DNA of 64,000 bases from Raillietiella orientalis. Lineage: Eukaryota. Positions 29,301-42,763 of this stretch are shown piece by piece. The position numbers and the translations under genes were made by a program. Location: contig JAYWIR010000024.1 in assembly GCA_036172245.1 (NCBI GenBank), positions 806,001 through 870,000 of the forward strand, read 5' to 3'. Within the stretch, counting starts at the first letter, position 1. Each line of letters begins with the position of its first letter. The notes under the pieces are model-generated. The model made no database searches. It saw nothing but the letters and a program-made list of their open reading frames with translations, and was not told the origin of the DNA.

Positions 29301-31915
29301 CATCCCTTTTCGAAATCAAAATCACAAACAGATTTCCGTTGGATCGTTCCCAAGTCATTGATTTTTGCTTTCAATCCCTGTACCAGCAGATGGAGAGACA
29401 GAAAGAAGTGGAAGAGGCAAGGGGGTAGTAGCAAGCAGTGATCAAGACCTTTGTCTCTCGTTCATCAAAACAAGCCAAACAGCAATGTATGCAAAACGAT
29501 CAAGCAATCGAAATGTGCATGGAGGTCGCTGCTTCCGGTTAGCCATGACGAAGAACTCCTTGCGTCATAAATCCTCCATTTGTAGCGCTGCGCCACAGTC
29601 CCATTCATCCCAGAGATCAGAATGAGAATCGAGGCATGGTCACGAATTCCTCCGACGAAATCCTGAATCTTGCAGCAAACAACAACGTCGTGGCACGGAT
29701 CTACCGCGTGTCTTCCATTTTCTAGTTCTCGCGATCTTCGGGTCGACAATCCTGATCCAAGAACTTGCTGCCAAGCGACAAACGATAGGAACGAATCGAA
29801 AGGTCATCCCAGACCACGGCCAATCTCTCGGACTCGACGAGAGACTGCGCTTCCACGGTCCCGAGTTTTTTGCCCCACAGGGGAAAGTGATGGCCAACCA
29901 CAAGCGCAAATCCCGTCTGCGCTTCGTGCTCCTGGGGAGTGCCACTTTTGAATCCCATCAGCGTTCAATTCCGGTCTTGCTCGCAGCTCTGTCAAATAGA
30001 CTCCTGCTTGCCTTGTTTTCCGTATGCCCCATTTGCTCGTTGATACCTTAAACCCAACGCAACTGATCTCGTGCTTGAGAGAAACGATGCTGAGGCCTAC
30101 GAATGAGAAGGACTGCCAGAAACATGCATGGAAACGATCGTGGGCAAAAACAGGATGCAGCAAGGATGCAAGCGACATTACGGATAACAAATGAAAATGC
30201 GATCGAATCGACAAATACGCGTTGTGTAAAAAACATGGCATCTAATCAGAGAGGGAGGTTCCGTTTTCGGAAAGAAAATCATTCCGTTCGGGCGTTCCTC
30301 TGTCTGTTTCACATTCGTCATTGGTGGTCTTCGGCAGGAACCGGAAGCTCCCATTCCTGCAGAAGACCGAAGGTAACAGAAGAAGACTATTCTCGATTTC
30401 ACTCGCAACCTCCTTGGAAAGATTTTCATCCCATGCACGTTGTTCCGATGAAGAGCAAGAACATGCAAGCCGCGCAACTTGTTTGCTGAGTGCGGGGGTG
30501 TCTCGCACGAAAGCGTGTCCCCAGCGTGACAGCACAAATAGCTTTTATTGAGCACTCGGATGCGAAAGAGATCAGGCAAACTCAATCCCGATGCCTCCAT
30601 GCATCCGAAGAGTTCACGGGCTCCAGCCACAGAGGGAGGGCACTTGCGTACACGGGGAAAGTAACCGCGTAAAAGATCGGTATGCTTATCACCGGGGCGA
30701 CCAGGCCTGCGTAAACGTAGGGATGCGGAAGCCAGTGTTTGCGGGGTCCCACCATCATCGAGGAAGCTCCTGGATTCGTTGCGAGGAAACGATGATTCTG
30801 ATCAGAAGTCGGCCACGATGATTCTGCGAACGGAAAATGCGATTCAGTTTTATTTCGGATGTTTTGCCAGAAGCTTGAAATGCTCATCATTTTTTTTCAT
30901 CCCATACCGTTTGAAGAGTTCTTGGGGCCTTCTCCTTCCAAAGTGCCTTCGCTCGAATGAGTGTGAAGTGAAAAAGTGGGATCCCCGACGCCGACAGCCG
31001 CACGTTTCTCTTCGCTGCGAGAAACGGGAACGAGAAGTACACACACACCTACACAAAGAAGTCGCAAACCACACCCTATACTTTTGCATTCGCGGTGAGT
31101 CATCATCGGAGCACATGGAAACACTTTTGGAAGAAATAGCGGAGCCCAGTTCGAAACAAAGAACTCTATGCATTCGTGTTCCGATCCTCCGGTTCTGTGC
31201 CTGGAAGCTTGCTCTGTCTGCGACAAAAAATCCTCTCAACCGCGATAACATCTTCTTGAGATGCTCGAGGCATGCTCGCGATCGAGTGCGAACCTCTGGG
31301 TCCTTCGTGCATTCATCAAGAGACAGATACAAAGCAAAATAGAATTCTGCATCTGGTCTCAGTGCAGTCCTCAGGGCACGTGAGGGAGCAGCCGGTTCGA
31401 ATGACAATGTTTCAAAGCTCGAAAGACATGCAAAAGCATCCATTTGGGACGGGGCGATCCAACTCGGAGGTCTCCCGAAATCGGGCCGAGGCGTACGAGA
31501 CGAAATAGGAGGAGGAGCGCTCTCTTCCGAGTGCGTCCACACGCTCGCTTTGCGTATTGCCCTTATTCCTCATCTCATTATGGGCAATTTGATCTTCTAT
31601 TTGAATTGCTTTCCCACTTCATTCTTTGTCCGGCTCGCTCGTTGCCTGCTGGCTGGTCCAATTCGAAACCGTGGAGGAGCCTTTGGTTTGGGCTTACAGA
31701 GCACCTGTGAGCACTTTCTCAAGAAAATGCCCACTTTTGCTCTCCAACCTGTCTTGCAGGAACCGATCTGCAAAGGTTTCACCAATGGGTGTGTCTACCT
31801 ACATACACGAAAACCCTTCCTGCTGCCCCCATTCCAAAGTTCCGTTGAATTGAATTGACCTGAGATTTGCATAAATACCCACAATGATCTCGAAGTGCTA
31901 AGCTAGGGATCCATG

Positions 31916-31972
31916 GCTTTCCGGAGAGGAAAGCGGACCCGTAACCAAGGCTGTTGCCTTGGTTACGGGTCC
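31916..31972. other. Two abutting perfect hairpins (7-bp stem with 5-nt loop; 17-bp stem with 4-nt loop)
   Basis: GCTTTCC-ggaga-GGAAAGC (31916-31934) directly followed by GGACCCGTAACCAAGGC-tgtt-GCCTTGGTTACGGGTCC (31935-31972). Confidence 0.95.
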
Positions 31973-32844
31973 TACGTAATACGTTCCTCGCAGGTGTGGT
32001 GACCATTCACAGTGGAGTCGTTTCGGATTCGCCACGCTCTCCAGCCGGAGTTTCTGGTGCCAAAAGTACACTGCTATGAGCATGCAGCAAGCGTGTATCC
32101 ACTGAGGGTTCCTTTGGGAGGATGTGGCTAATGAATATGTCCCGATGAGGATCTGGAGGCTACCAGGAGACTGGCGAAGCCAACCGGAAGCGAATGAGAT
32201 CCTCTGCGGCTTCCTTCGTGGCTTGTCTTCCGCAAACTCCTGGGCAGGGACAGTTCAAAGAGTGCGATCCGGACATTTTGTCTACAAGTTTGCGTCCGTC
32301 AGCTTCCCACGGGCTTCGGGGGGAGAGAGTGTGCGCAGAAGCAGGGCTTTCCTTCGGGCTCACTGCTTTCCCGGTGCGCGAACACCCGGCGGCTAGTGGA
32401 CACCGAGTTAGGGTCGGGAGGCAAATCCGGCCAGTGTCCGATCAAGTCCGATACGTTTATTAAAAAAAATAAACTGCGCATCAGGAAAACAGAGTCTTCT
32501 AAGTACAAAGATATGCCAAACGAAAAAAAAGTTCATTGGAGATGGCAACCAGCACGCAGGCGGGCTCGTATGAAAGTTTGGAACAGAGGGAGGGGACAAT
32601 AAATAAATAAGAAAGACAGGAGAGTAAAAATAGGTCTTTGGCTTCAATCATTCCTTTCTTCCTAAAAGTGGAGGCATATGAGATGGTCTCCCTGGCGAAT
32701 TCTTGTGTCAGATGAGGTCACCTTGCAGTGGGCCTCGTCAAGGCGGCTGCCATGCTAGTGGCCTCCTTTCGCTGAGAACGATACTCCAACACATGGAGGA
32801 CTCATTATGGTGCGGATGCAACAGATGATTACCATCTCAGCGCT

Positions 32845-33084
32845 TGCTCCCTCCCCCCAAAATAATTTTTGCTTTTTTTTATTGTTTCTTTTTTTTTGGG
32901 GGGTTGCTTGTTATAGTTTGTTTTCATTTTATATTCTTGTTTCACCCCCTTTCCCCTTCGTGGACGTGATGGACCTCTCCAGCTGCTTCTCTTCTTTCTA
33001 GTGTAACAATTGGAATTGGTGGGCCATCGGCTCCATCGATTCCTGTAAGAGAATACAATCCCCGGCGCACCCGGGTGTGAAATC
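32845..33084 (+). mobile_element. LINE 3'-UTR-only copy
   Basis: Near-duplicate of 34260-34476, ending CCCCGGCGCACCCGGGTGTGAAATC. Confidence 0.8.
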
Positions 33085-33098
33085 ACAGCACCCGCTCC

Positions 33099-34476
33099 CG
33101 GGTCCGATTAAAAGACTTGTGTGCTCCTTGTCGCGACGGAGGACTTGTACTCCTGACGTTGGAGTACATGGAAGTTAAGTTGAACTTTCGAAGACTGGTC
33201 TTCGTGGCACAGAACTGGATTACCCATTGGTGCTCCCCCTCACGCTTGCTCTCTTGGCTGGGGGTCGGTGGCGAAGGACTCTCAACCCTGTTTGCGTGTC
33301 ACCACCTCCGGTTCTTGCGGCTTCCCTCACCGGTGTGTCTCTGCTCTGGTGGGAGCGAACACGTGGATTCGCTGCCGCCCTGCAAATACTCCGGCATGGC
33401 GGCAGAAGAAAGTGAAGACATGGGCCCAGATCACCCGGGCCCCTCCAGAAGTTACCCGCTGCCGAGAGTTTCAGAAGAACAGAGGAAGAACACTGGAGGC
33501 GGTGGTAGTGAGATGACTATGTTGGCACTCTACCCACCAGCCATCCGTCCCCTTCGCTGCAGTGGTGTCCTCCTCTATCGAGGTACATGGTACCTGCCTA
33601 CCGGCGAAGTGGGAGGTTTCCTGCGAGATCTCGGCCCGCAGAAAGCCTATGGGTGGCTGGACTACGAGTCAGCTGGTTGTCGCGGCAACAGCAAGAACCG
33701 TCTCCAAAGGATTGGAACGTTGGGGCAAACTCTTCTCCATTCGGCCCGAATAGTTGGAAGTGCCCCCTGTGTTTAGGGACAGTAAGCTGCTTCCTCTCAA
33801 GTGGCAGCAATCGGCGTTGCTGATACTGCACTGAGATCTCCCGTGCAATCCGCGACGGCGCCACTGGACGAGGGGAAGCGCATCGCCTAACTGTGCCAGG
33901 TGGGGAGAGAAGGAGACTTTCCCCCACCTCTTAGTGCAGTGCGTCATCCTTCGGGTCTTGTGAGAACGTTTCTCCACGCCACTTCCGCACCCCGTGGACG
34001 ATCTCAGAGACTCTTTGAGATCCCTCTTCGTGCGAGATGCCATGACGCCCGCAGCCGCAACAGCAGCTCTGCGCTGCGTGAGCGGTGTCGTCGCAGCCAA
34101 GTGCAACTCCGAGAGAGGCCAGAGCGACGGGGGGGCTGCCCTGCACGCCATCCGCTTCCTACACACAGCTTTGAGATGGTGCCATCTGGAAAGGGAGAAG
34201 GAGGAGCTCGCCGGCATCCTTCAACGGATGCAGAGGCCTCACCCACCACGAAATGTGATCCCTTCCCTTCCTCCCAACTAATGTTTTTTTTTTGTGTTGC
34301 TTGCTATAGTTTGTTTTCATTTTCTCTTTTTCTTTCATCCCCCTTCCCCTTCGTGGACGTGATGGACTACCTTGGCTTCCCCCTTCTTTCTAGTGTAACA
34401 ATTAGAATTGGTGGGCCATTGGCTCCATCGATTCCTGTAAGAGAATAAACGCCCTGGCGCATCCGGGTGTGAAATC
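33099..34476 (+). mobile_element. 5'-truncated L1/Tx1-type LINE copy
   Basis: Starts RVRLKDLCAPCRDGGL; decayed zinc finger near 33890-33945; AATAAA-hairpin end. Flanked by ACAGCACCC at 33085-33093 and 34477-34485. Confidence 0.85.
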
Positions 34477-37400
34477 ACAGCACCCTCCTTGAGCGAAGAA
34501 GTGCAGCAGCAAGTCTGAAGCGGTGGCTTGCGGATGACGACAGCCGAGGTGCCTGCGCCGGTTGCACCGGAGTCCCACAGCGCAGGAACAGCAGAACGTC
34601 CCGTTTCCACTGCAGAGGTGGCACGGTAGTAGGGAAGAGACCACGAGTTCTTCGGGGGTCACACTCAAAAGGTCGCTCCACCGAAGGAGTCCCTTTGCCA
34701 GGGAACGAGGAGCGGCTCCGTTCATCAACCCGCTCGTCTTGCAGCCGAGGATTTTTTCGGCTCCTGTGGTTCTGCGGGAAAACTCCCACCCCACTGGTTG
34801 ACTGCTGTCATCGTTTGCCCTGGGGGCAAGCAGTACCGCTACAAAGGTCAAGGCGGCCATTCGGGACCCCTGCTTTTTCTTCTTGCTGGAGATGGTTTGT
34901 GTAGGAGTTTCCGCAGCGATCGAATTTGCTCCGGGCAAATTCCAATGTGGCAACCCAGGACTCCAGTGCCGTCTGCCTCCAGGCATCCCAGTTCTTCGGG
35001 TAGCAGGAGATCCAAGAATGGGATTCCAACAATGAGGACAGTTGCCTTAGAGGGTAGGCGGATGCTGATATCCTGTGTCGACAGTGCGGTAGCAACTAAA
35101 GAAGTCCTGCGCTTCCAGCGAATCGCCGGAGAATGAGGCGTGCCGGAGCACACCAGTGACAAGTCCACGATTGGACATAAAGGGTCAAAAGTCGGAACTG
35201 CACCTGCGCCCCAATCTCGTGGGTGGCCAGGATGCCCGAGCAGGCATCCTGGAGCAGTACCACCAAGTCTTTCAGGCAGATCCGGAACTTGCAGAGCCCC
35301 ACAGGGGTTTTCTCAGGAGGAGCTGCGCCCGGATCTTCACCGAATAAGGGGGCGAACCTGGTAGTCCGGGTCGCGGCAAGCGAGTCTCTCCGTCCGCGGC
35401 GATCCGCAGGGTGTGTTTGTAATTCTTCAGGATAGGGGGCACCCTGGGATGGTGGTCCGCCCTATGAATCTAGGAAGGGCTCGGAGTCCGTCGCCCACCG
35501 TGCCATCCGAACGATCAGGCTCGACGGGCTTTCGGATCCGGCAGATGTGTGCCGCCGCACGAGCACACTCTACTCCTCCCTGTCCGGTTGTGGCAACCAG
35601 ACTACGAGCAGCAGTCTTTTCCGGAAGCTGTTGCTCCCGCTTTCCGGGGGGAGCAACGCGCGTTACGTCGGCAAGACTTTCTCGATGGCCCAAACTCTGG
35701 ATACCATCGCAAAGCTTCAGGGGCGGAAAACACCAAGGGAGAAAGGCCTTTCGTCAGAACTGAGCGCCTCGCTGCTGCAGCTGACAGAGCGGGAGCCATC
35801 TTTCTAATCGGCAAACTCCGGAAGAAAATTGATGCTGTTCTAAGGCGAAGCAGACTGTTCTATGCGCAGACCTGGTTCAGGCCGTGGCTCGTCAGCCGCA
35901 AGGCTTCGGTTGTCCAGTCGGGTTCGAGCAGAGGAAGAGGAGGGGAGGAAGAGGAGGCGACAAACGGAGGGAAGAGGCAAGGAGTTTAGGAAGTAGTGGG
36001 CGACCTTGTAAAGGCTTTCAGACCCAGGCATCAGGCAGAGCTCCTTCTGAAGCTTCCGGCCAGTCTTAGTTTCCCGCCGGCAATGAGACCACCAGCGTTT
36101 GTTTCAAACGGACGCAGGCGCACAGTGGACCTGTGCAATGGGGGGCATCAGGGAGATGACCTTCTCAGTTCAGGGCTCGCCTCGGGCTTCGTACTTAACG
36201 GGTTTCGAAGAACTGTCCCCCCCGGCCCTGTCCGCTGTCCGCGTCTCGGCTTTCGAGGACAACCTCCTTCTGTCGTCCATCCCAGCGGCGACGTTCGGGT
36301 AACTCGTATCGCCGAGTAGCGGACGCGGGCGCGAGCAGGACGGAGCCGATGGTCGTTCCCGTTGGCACGACTCACGAGCGAGATCATCGTTCAAGGCGCG
36401 CGCGCTGCCATGGAGAGGAGACGAGGATACATTTAGGCCCTGAGGCCTGTAAATCCCGAGAGTGAGGTCTGTGCATTCTGGATGCAAATTTCGAACCCCG
36501 CAGCTTTCGAGGGTGCATCCCGGAACGTTTGAACGGTGGATGATTTCTTCGCAGGATACTCCTGGTTGCTTTTGTCGTCTCCTGCCGTTTGCCGTGTTCA
36601 GGAACAGGATTGTGTTTGCACCTGCTCTCCCACTGCTTGCCTGCTTTCCTCGCCAATGTCCATTTCCGACTTTTGTTCCTCCCTGCTTTCTTTGTTTATT
36701 CCTTTGTTGCAATCAGGTTGAACGGAGCTTGGTAGTTGAACTTCCTGCTTGCGACTAAGAGATCAGTCTAATCTCCCATGCAAATCTGCAGAGGTCCATC
36801 CGCTGCGAGAGTCCCGTTTCCCTTGAATGGGAAGCTTATCGTCCGAGATGCTTTTGCCGTTCCCCTGCGCAGTTTTTTGGTCCCTCGAGAGGTGCTTACA
36901 ACGGCTCGGAGCACTGTTCAGTGGTCCAGCGAGCGTCGGTCCGGATGCTGCAGACTTCCTCTTCTCCGCGATCGCCGTGGGAACCATGGATCAAAATGCC
37001 TCGACCTCCCGGGACTCTTCCGGAGAACGACGTGAAGGTTCCGAGATAGAAAATCATCCCGGGAATCGATTGCTTGAATCCTGATGTCTGTGTTCAGATC
37101 ATGGAGGGAAGGGGGGACACTGAAGGCTTTATTTTCTCACGGGATCGTGCATTTCCTGTTTACGTTCTGGCACCGGGAGAAAGACATTGCCCGTACTCAA
37201 ATTTCGGGAAGACGTGCTTGCCTCGGGATGTTGGTTTCTTTTCTTTCTGGATTCAGGAAGGTGAGGTTTTGCAAGACCTGGAGCTTTCCATGGTTTGAAC
37301 GTCGAAAGCAGCGCGGATCTCAGTTACTGGTGTCTGATTTTCTTAAGGATGTGTTCCTCCGGATGCTTGCCTGCAGGAATCAATTTTCTGGTCCATCGTT

Positions 37401-37520
37401 CGAAACCTGCCTTTTAATAACGACTAAATAAAGGAAAAGCTACAGATGCGTTCTTAGAATCAGTCGCCAGGAAGTAAGTCATTCTTGCGATCGTTTCTGC
37501 AAACTGAATAGCAGACTGTT

Positions 37521-39030
37521 GCTCGCGTTGGCGGCCGTGTGGCTGCGGCCTCCACGCGTGGCACCAAGCGTTGAGGGTTCGGATCCTCACCTCCAGGAAA
37601 TGGGGGTGTCGTGGGGGCACTAGTGGAAGTTGGGTGTCCCCGTTGGTTGGCTAGGATTGGAAGTTGACCCTTCAAAGGTCCTTCCAGGAATCAAAAAGCC
37701 GATTCCCCTCAGGGTTTCCCCCTCCGGTTTTGAAAATAAAGTCTTCCTCTGTCGCGTACCAAGGAGCTGGTTCATATCTCTTTCATGGGTCGCCTTTCCA
37801 GAGTGCAAGAATTGTGCTGCTCCCTTCGGGGAAATTTGGAAGCTCCCCTTCGGGTTCTCTCATGGGGGAGAGCTGCTCAGCATTCCTCCAGAGGAGGCGA
37901 AGTGGCCCCCAGCGTGCTGGAACAGTGGCGCCCTTCCTCTCAAGTAAAGGGAGTTGGCGTTGCTGATGGTGCTTGGGGGAATCCTGTGCAAAGCTCTCCT
38001 TCACCAATGGACATTGGGGAGCGTAGACGCTCAGTGAGACAGGTGCGTGAAAGAGGAGACCCTCCAGCACCTGCTGTTGGACTGTGTTGCTCTCCGATCC
38101 CTCTGGGATCGCCTCGCGACGAGCCTAGGAATCCCGGTGGGCGGACCCACGGACATTTTCAGACGCCTCTTCGCTCATGGTGCCGCACAACCGCCGGCCG
38201 CGTCCCTCGCAGCTCCCTCCTCCTGTGTTCGCGAGGTGGTGGTGGCCTGGGAGGCCAGGAGAAGAGGCCGAAATGGCAGGGACGTCATCCACTGGGCGCG
38301 AATCTTCCTGAAGAGCGCTTCGAGATGGCCCCACTTTGGCGAGACACGAACGGAACTTGCCAGCATCCTGAACAGAATGCAGAGAACGCCTAGCCGTGTA
38401 CCGTGATCCCTTCCTCAGTTCCGCCCTTCTCCTCTCCCCGTGTGAAATTTTCCCTTCCTGTTTTTGTGTGTTTATTTTTTCTTGTTTTTGTTTCCCCCAC
38501 CCTCACTCCGCGGAAACGGTCCTCGCTGGTCTGCGCACCGCTCTCCGGAATGTTCGTTGCGCATGGTTGAACCAACGCTTTGACCACGTCAATGGACTTT
38601 TATTGCTTTATGTAATGAATGTCCTGGCATAACCGGGTGATCATCATAGGAGGACACAAGGAGCGGCTCCCTTTCTCCGAAGTTGCCCTCCGGAAAAGCA
38701 ATTCCAGGAGCGGGTCCTTTCTGAATTCCGTTAAGAGAAGAAATGAAGAACCCCTCTTCTGGGGTACCCTACCTGAGAGAATAAGGAAGAGGCTTTCTTC
38801 GGGGTTCCCTCCCGAGAGTAAGAGGAACGGACCGTTCCCGCCTGAGCCTTTCTGCATTCATAGGATGGTGTTCTCTCGTGGCACCCTCTAACATGAAAGT
38901 TGACACGCATCCTCGGGTGATGTGGACAGTGTTCAAGAGCTCCTTGATCCCCCAGGAGAACGGTTCTTGTGGGTACTTGCAAATCAAAAAAGAAAAAAAA
39001 AGAAGAAAACCCGAAAAAAAAAAAAAACAC
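37521..39030 (+). mobile_element. Copy of long tRNA-headed SINE-like family, interrupted by a LINE fragment
   Basis: Head with B-box-like GGTTCGGATCC at 37576-37586. Segments 37521-37860 and 38646-38970 are collinear with 42764-43520; A-rich end at 38986-39027. Confidence 0.7.
37862..38648 (+). mobile_element. 5'-truncated L1/Tx1-type LINE copy, (CAT)n-tail subfamily, nested in the SINE
   Basis: EETLQHLLLDC..LWDRLA in ORF 38047-38406; homologous to 3530-4385; ends GTCCTGGCATAACCGGGTGATCATCAT. Confidence 0.85.
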
Positions 39031-41299
39031 TTTTCCTCAGGGAGTGTTTATTTCGTGCAACTAAACCGACCCTGAAGAATATTTCGCCCCTTTTCCCACC
39101 TTTTGCAATTTTTCTTTAGCTCCTTGCACAAACATCCTCTGGCGAAACAAAGCTACCACGATCTTCGTTAGATTCCACGTTGATCATTGCTGTTTTCCAT
39201 GCACTCCACCGTCATTTCGTTTCCCATCACAAGGGGTGGCCGCCAAGCATCATCGCAGGTTTTTTTTTTTTTTTTTCTTCTGAATCTTCAGGATTTCTTC
39301 AGCAGCGAATGGTCCATTCTCTTGAAGCTCCTCACTTAGCTTCCAAAACTGGTGGGGGGGGGGGGGAAAGGGAGTAGCAGGGACGCTCCTTCCTCTGACA
39401 ACCGCGAAGGCTCTTCATGAAACGGCGGGGAAACGCATGCTGTCCATCTATAGGGAGTTCAATGTCGCCTCTGTGATGCACAATGCGATTGTCGCCTCTG
39501 TGAATGCATAAGAATGCGATTCATCTCTTGTATTGCGGGGCTCCTCAACCGAAGGGACCGAGAGGGAACCTCAAGCAAACAAACTTGGTAAAGGAAAAGG
39601 GAAGAAGGATGCCATTAAGAATGAGAAGAGCTATTTCGTTGAGGAAACCATCTAGCCTGTTCAGAAGCAAGAGGAGTCTTAACCTCAGGTTGCTGGAATC
39701 CTGGAGCTGAAAGTGATTTTTCACTGAATTTTAGAAAGAATTCACGCGTGCTTCTGAGAACACCACAAATTTGCCAGTTAACAACCGAAGGAGTGTTCAT
39801 CTCATCAGGTTAGGAATATACCATGGCACCTCGGTACTCGTCGGTAATTCGTTCCGGAACTCGTGACGAGTACCGAACGGAGTTCCTTTCTAGACTTCGT
39901 GGTATCATTGTTAACCATTTTAATATACATCATTAACGCTTAAAATGCACAGAAAGCACGCAAAAGGGGAATGATTCGGGAGGCACTCTATGGAAGTGTT
40001 CGGCACTCTTCGCGAGCTCCCATGAGACGAAAGCTTTCGCTTGTTTCATCGTGAGTGGGGTGTCGAGTTCCGAGCGTGCGCCGAGTGTCGAAGCATTTCT
40101 TTCTCGTCCAAGTGCGACGAGTACAGAGTTTGACGAGAGCTGACACTGTCGAGTTCCGAGGTACCACTGTACTAGCGAATCAGAGCATCTCTTGTTGGAG
40201 AAGTTCATCTCGAGTACTTTTCAGTTCCATGCAGTTTTTTGAACATAGGGAGACGGTTTTTCCACTCTCAAGGTTCAAATGCTTAAAAACTCAGGTCCAG
40301 TGGAGATCGCGGGGCCACGAAGATTGAACTCAAATAGATCTGTGCACATCAATTGCATTTTGAGAGACTTTGGAAGGAAAACTGGATAAGAAAAAAGGAA
40401 AAAAAAAACACGAGACATTTATCGCCTCGTTTGGCACTCAGCAAAGTTGAGAGTCGGTGGAGCACATCAGCAATTCCTCAAGATACTCAGATGAACTCAG
40501 CACACACAAAATGTAGCACACATGTCCTCTGCTCCCTACAGGACACAGCACAATCCTTGAGAGGATCTTCCTAAAAGACGACAGATTTTTCCTGGAAGTC
40601 GAGAGGACTTCGCTCCCCGTAGTTACAACATCATGCAGAACGTGAAGGTTCTCCATGTTGTGTTTCAGATTCCGGATGGTTGCTGGAAGTGAGTAGTTGA
40701 GAAGGGACTCCTATATTGCCCATGCTTAAAGGAAGGGGGTCACCACCTTACAGGGGATGGCATTCTTTTGTGCCTTGTGTCACCATCTTGTCTTGCCATC
40801 AGGCAATACTCAGAGCTGCTAGAGAAGGTGACTTTGGCAGGGAGTGTGGACATGAGAACTTTCGGTGGATTGGAAGAACCTGCGGGCTTCATCTCACATT
40901 TGCCACTTTTTGAGGAACTTGGAAGAGATATTGAAGAACAATACCGACGTCATGGATGAATCTGTCCGACGCTTCGGGGCCAGCAAAGCATTCCCTAGAT
41001 GACTGCAAAGCAAAACAAAGTTGATCGTTCACACGCTTTCCACAGGTGGAGACAAACAAAACTCTGCTTTTTCGCAATAGCATTTACGGGTGGCATCTAG
41101 CGGAGGATTTTTGAATTCTCATCGTTGGTTGCATGTTCAATTTTGAATTTGTCTTTTCAAGCAGAATGAATTCCCAAGCTGATACGCCGCAAGAGCGAGT
41201 TTGTTCAAAAATATTCTGTTTGCTTTGAGGCTATCAGGAACTGGAAATAGGGAATCAGTCATACGAGTTCTCTACGGTTCTGTCACCCTATCAAAGTAT

Positions 41300-41900
41300 C
41301 TGTGAAGGTGTTAAATGTCATTGGTTAGGCAATGGAAATCAGCATGATTTACAGAAATATATCGGAACTCCTGAGTATCTTAGTCCCACACAGAGTTTTT
41401 TTTGATCTAAAACTCATTAGAAATTCGGGATAGGAGACAGTACGATCCGGGAGTAACTCAAAGAATGCCTTTCATTCCATCAGTGCATTCACTCATCTTC
41501 CATTTTTTTTCTTTCCAAGTTCAGCTATCTTCAAAACCAGTCTTAAGAGTGGAACAAATGGTTGTAACAGGGGAATCAAAGGAAGAAGTTGACTCTCTCC
41601 GTGGACAATGAACTGCATGGCACAAAGATGAACCATGGGAAAACTGTTGGCCTGCTACGACCCGAAAGTAACCTCAGCATCTGTTTGCTTCGGTTCAAAC
41701 ACTGATCTTCAGATGCAATCCATGGTGGAGTCTCTGGAGAGGCATGAATATTTCAAATTGATTTCTCTCGAATTTTTCTGTTGGAGTCACGGAGAAACAC
41801 GATCAGTTATGGAAATTTCTTCAGGAAAATCAAGGTGCATCAATCCAAACAGCATTATCTGAGGAGAGAGAGTGTCATTCCAAATATCAAGGGGTGCCGG
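41300..41900 (+). mobile_element. Possible very old LINE RT relic
   Basis: RGIKGRS*LSP near 41570-41600 resembles the RT G.RQG..LSP motif; otherwise weak. Confidence 0.28.
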
Positions 41901-42763
41901 ATTCAAAATCCGAGGGCTCGTCAGCAAAAATTTCATCTGATTATAGAATCACTGTTCTCTACTCTTCTGCTAGGCACCATAGATTTATGCGACTAGGAAA
42001 GGAAGTAACTATGCTGAATGTTAACCAACCAAATGTCTTACGGTATCATCCTAGTTGTTCCAGGCGTACACTCGGAATTCGGAAGGAACGCTGAAGTGGT
42101 TGGTGTTTCAAATATCGGAACAGTGGGAATGTCATTTGAGCAGTTTCGGAATCAACCAGAGGAAAAACTCTTACGTTGGCATCATGATGCTCTTTCTGAT
42201 GAGATCTGATTCTGTTTGGATTTCGTGAGCAGTAAGAAGAATTTCCTGTTGGAGTTGTTCTTCAGTTTCGGGACTCGGGTTTGCCCTTTCCTCGGGTTTT
42301 AAAAGTGAAGAGAGAGACAACAGATGATAATGCAAATGGCATTCAGACCGAGTTTGGAAGACGAAAATCTGCATCTTACCTCAGAACGACCTAGAAACAG
42401 TGCGGGGAAGGAAGCATTTGGACTGATGATTCTGCAATGTTCTTTATACTTTCAGGAGCAATCTTGGATTTGGGGGCACGTGGGATCATTCTGCTGTGCC
42501 GTGTCGAGATGCAGAAAGTGCATTTGAAAATATGCAGCCATTTCCCCCAAAAAAGTAGAACTGCAGTTGCGCTCATACAAGTTTCTTGGAATGCTTTCTT
42601 CAGTCGTGGAAAGTTTCATGGAGATTCAAACTCAGATTTCTCGTTCTTTCTGTCTCGTCATATCGTTTGACTCACGCTGACCATCTGCAGCAACGCCTCG
42701 GGAAGCCATCTACACTGCTGCCTCCTTCATGAAGAAGGCTTGCAAGTGGCTCCATCTGAAAAC

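Larger units (their letters stand above)
32430..35920 (-). mobile_element. Longer decayed L1/Tx1-type LINE (RT core to 3' end) split by two plus-strand copies
   Basis: 3' part 32430-32843 aligns with the 6216-6720 region and resumes at 34477. ESHSWISCYPKNWDAWRQ and RICLKDLV..SGIL are seen, with RT relics GLSPLVF (near 35740) and SLADVT (near 35670). Confidence 0.7.
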
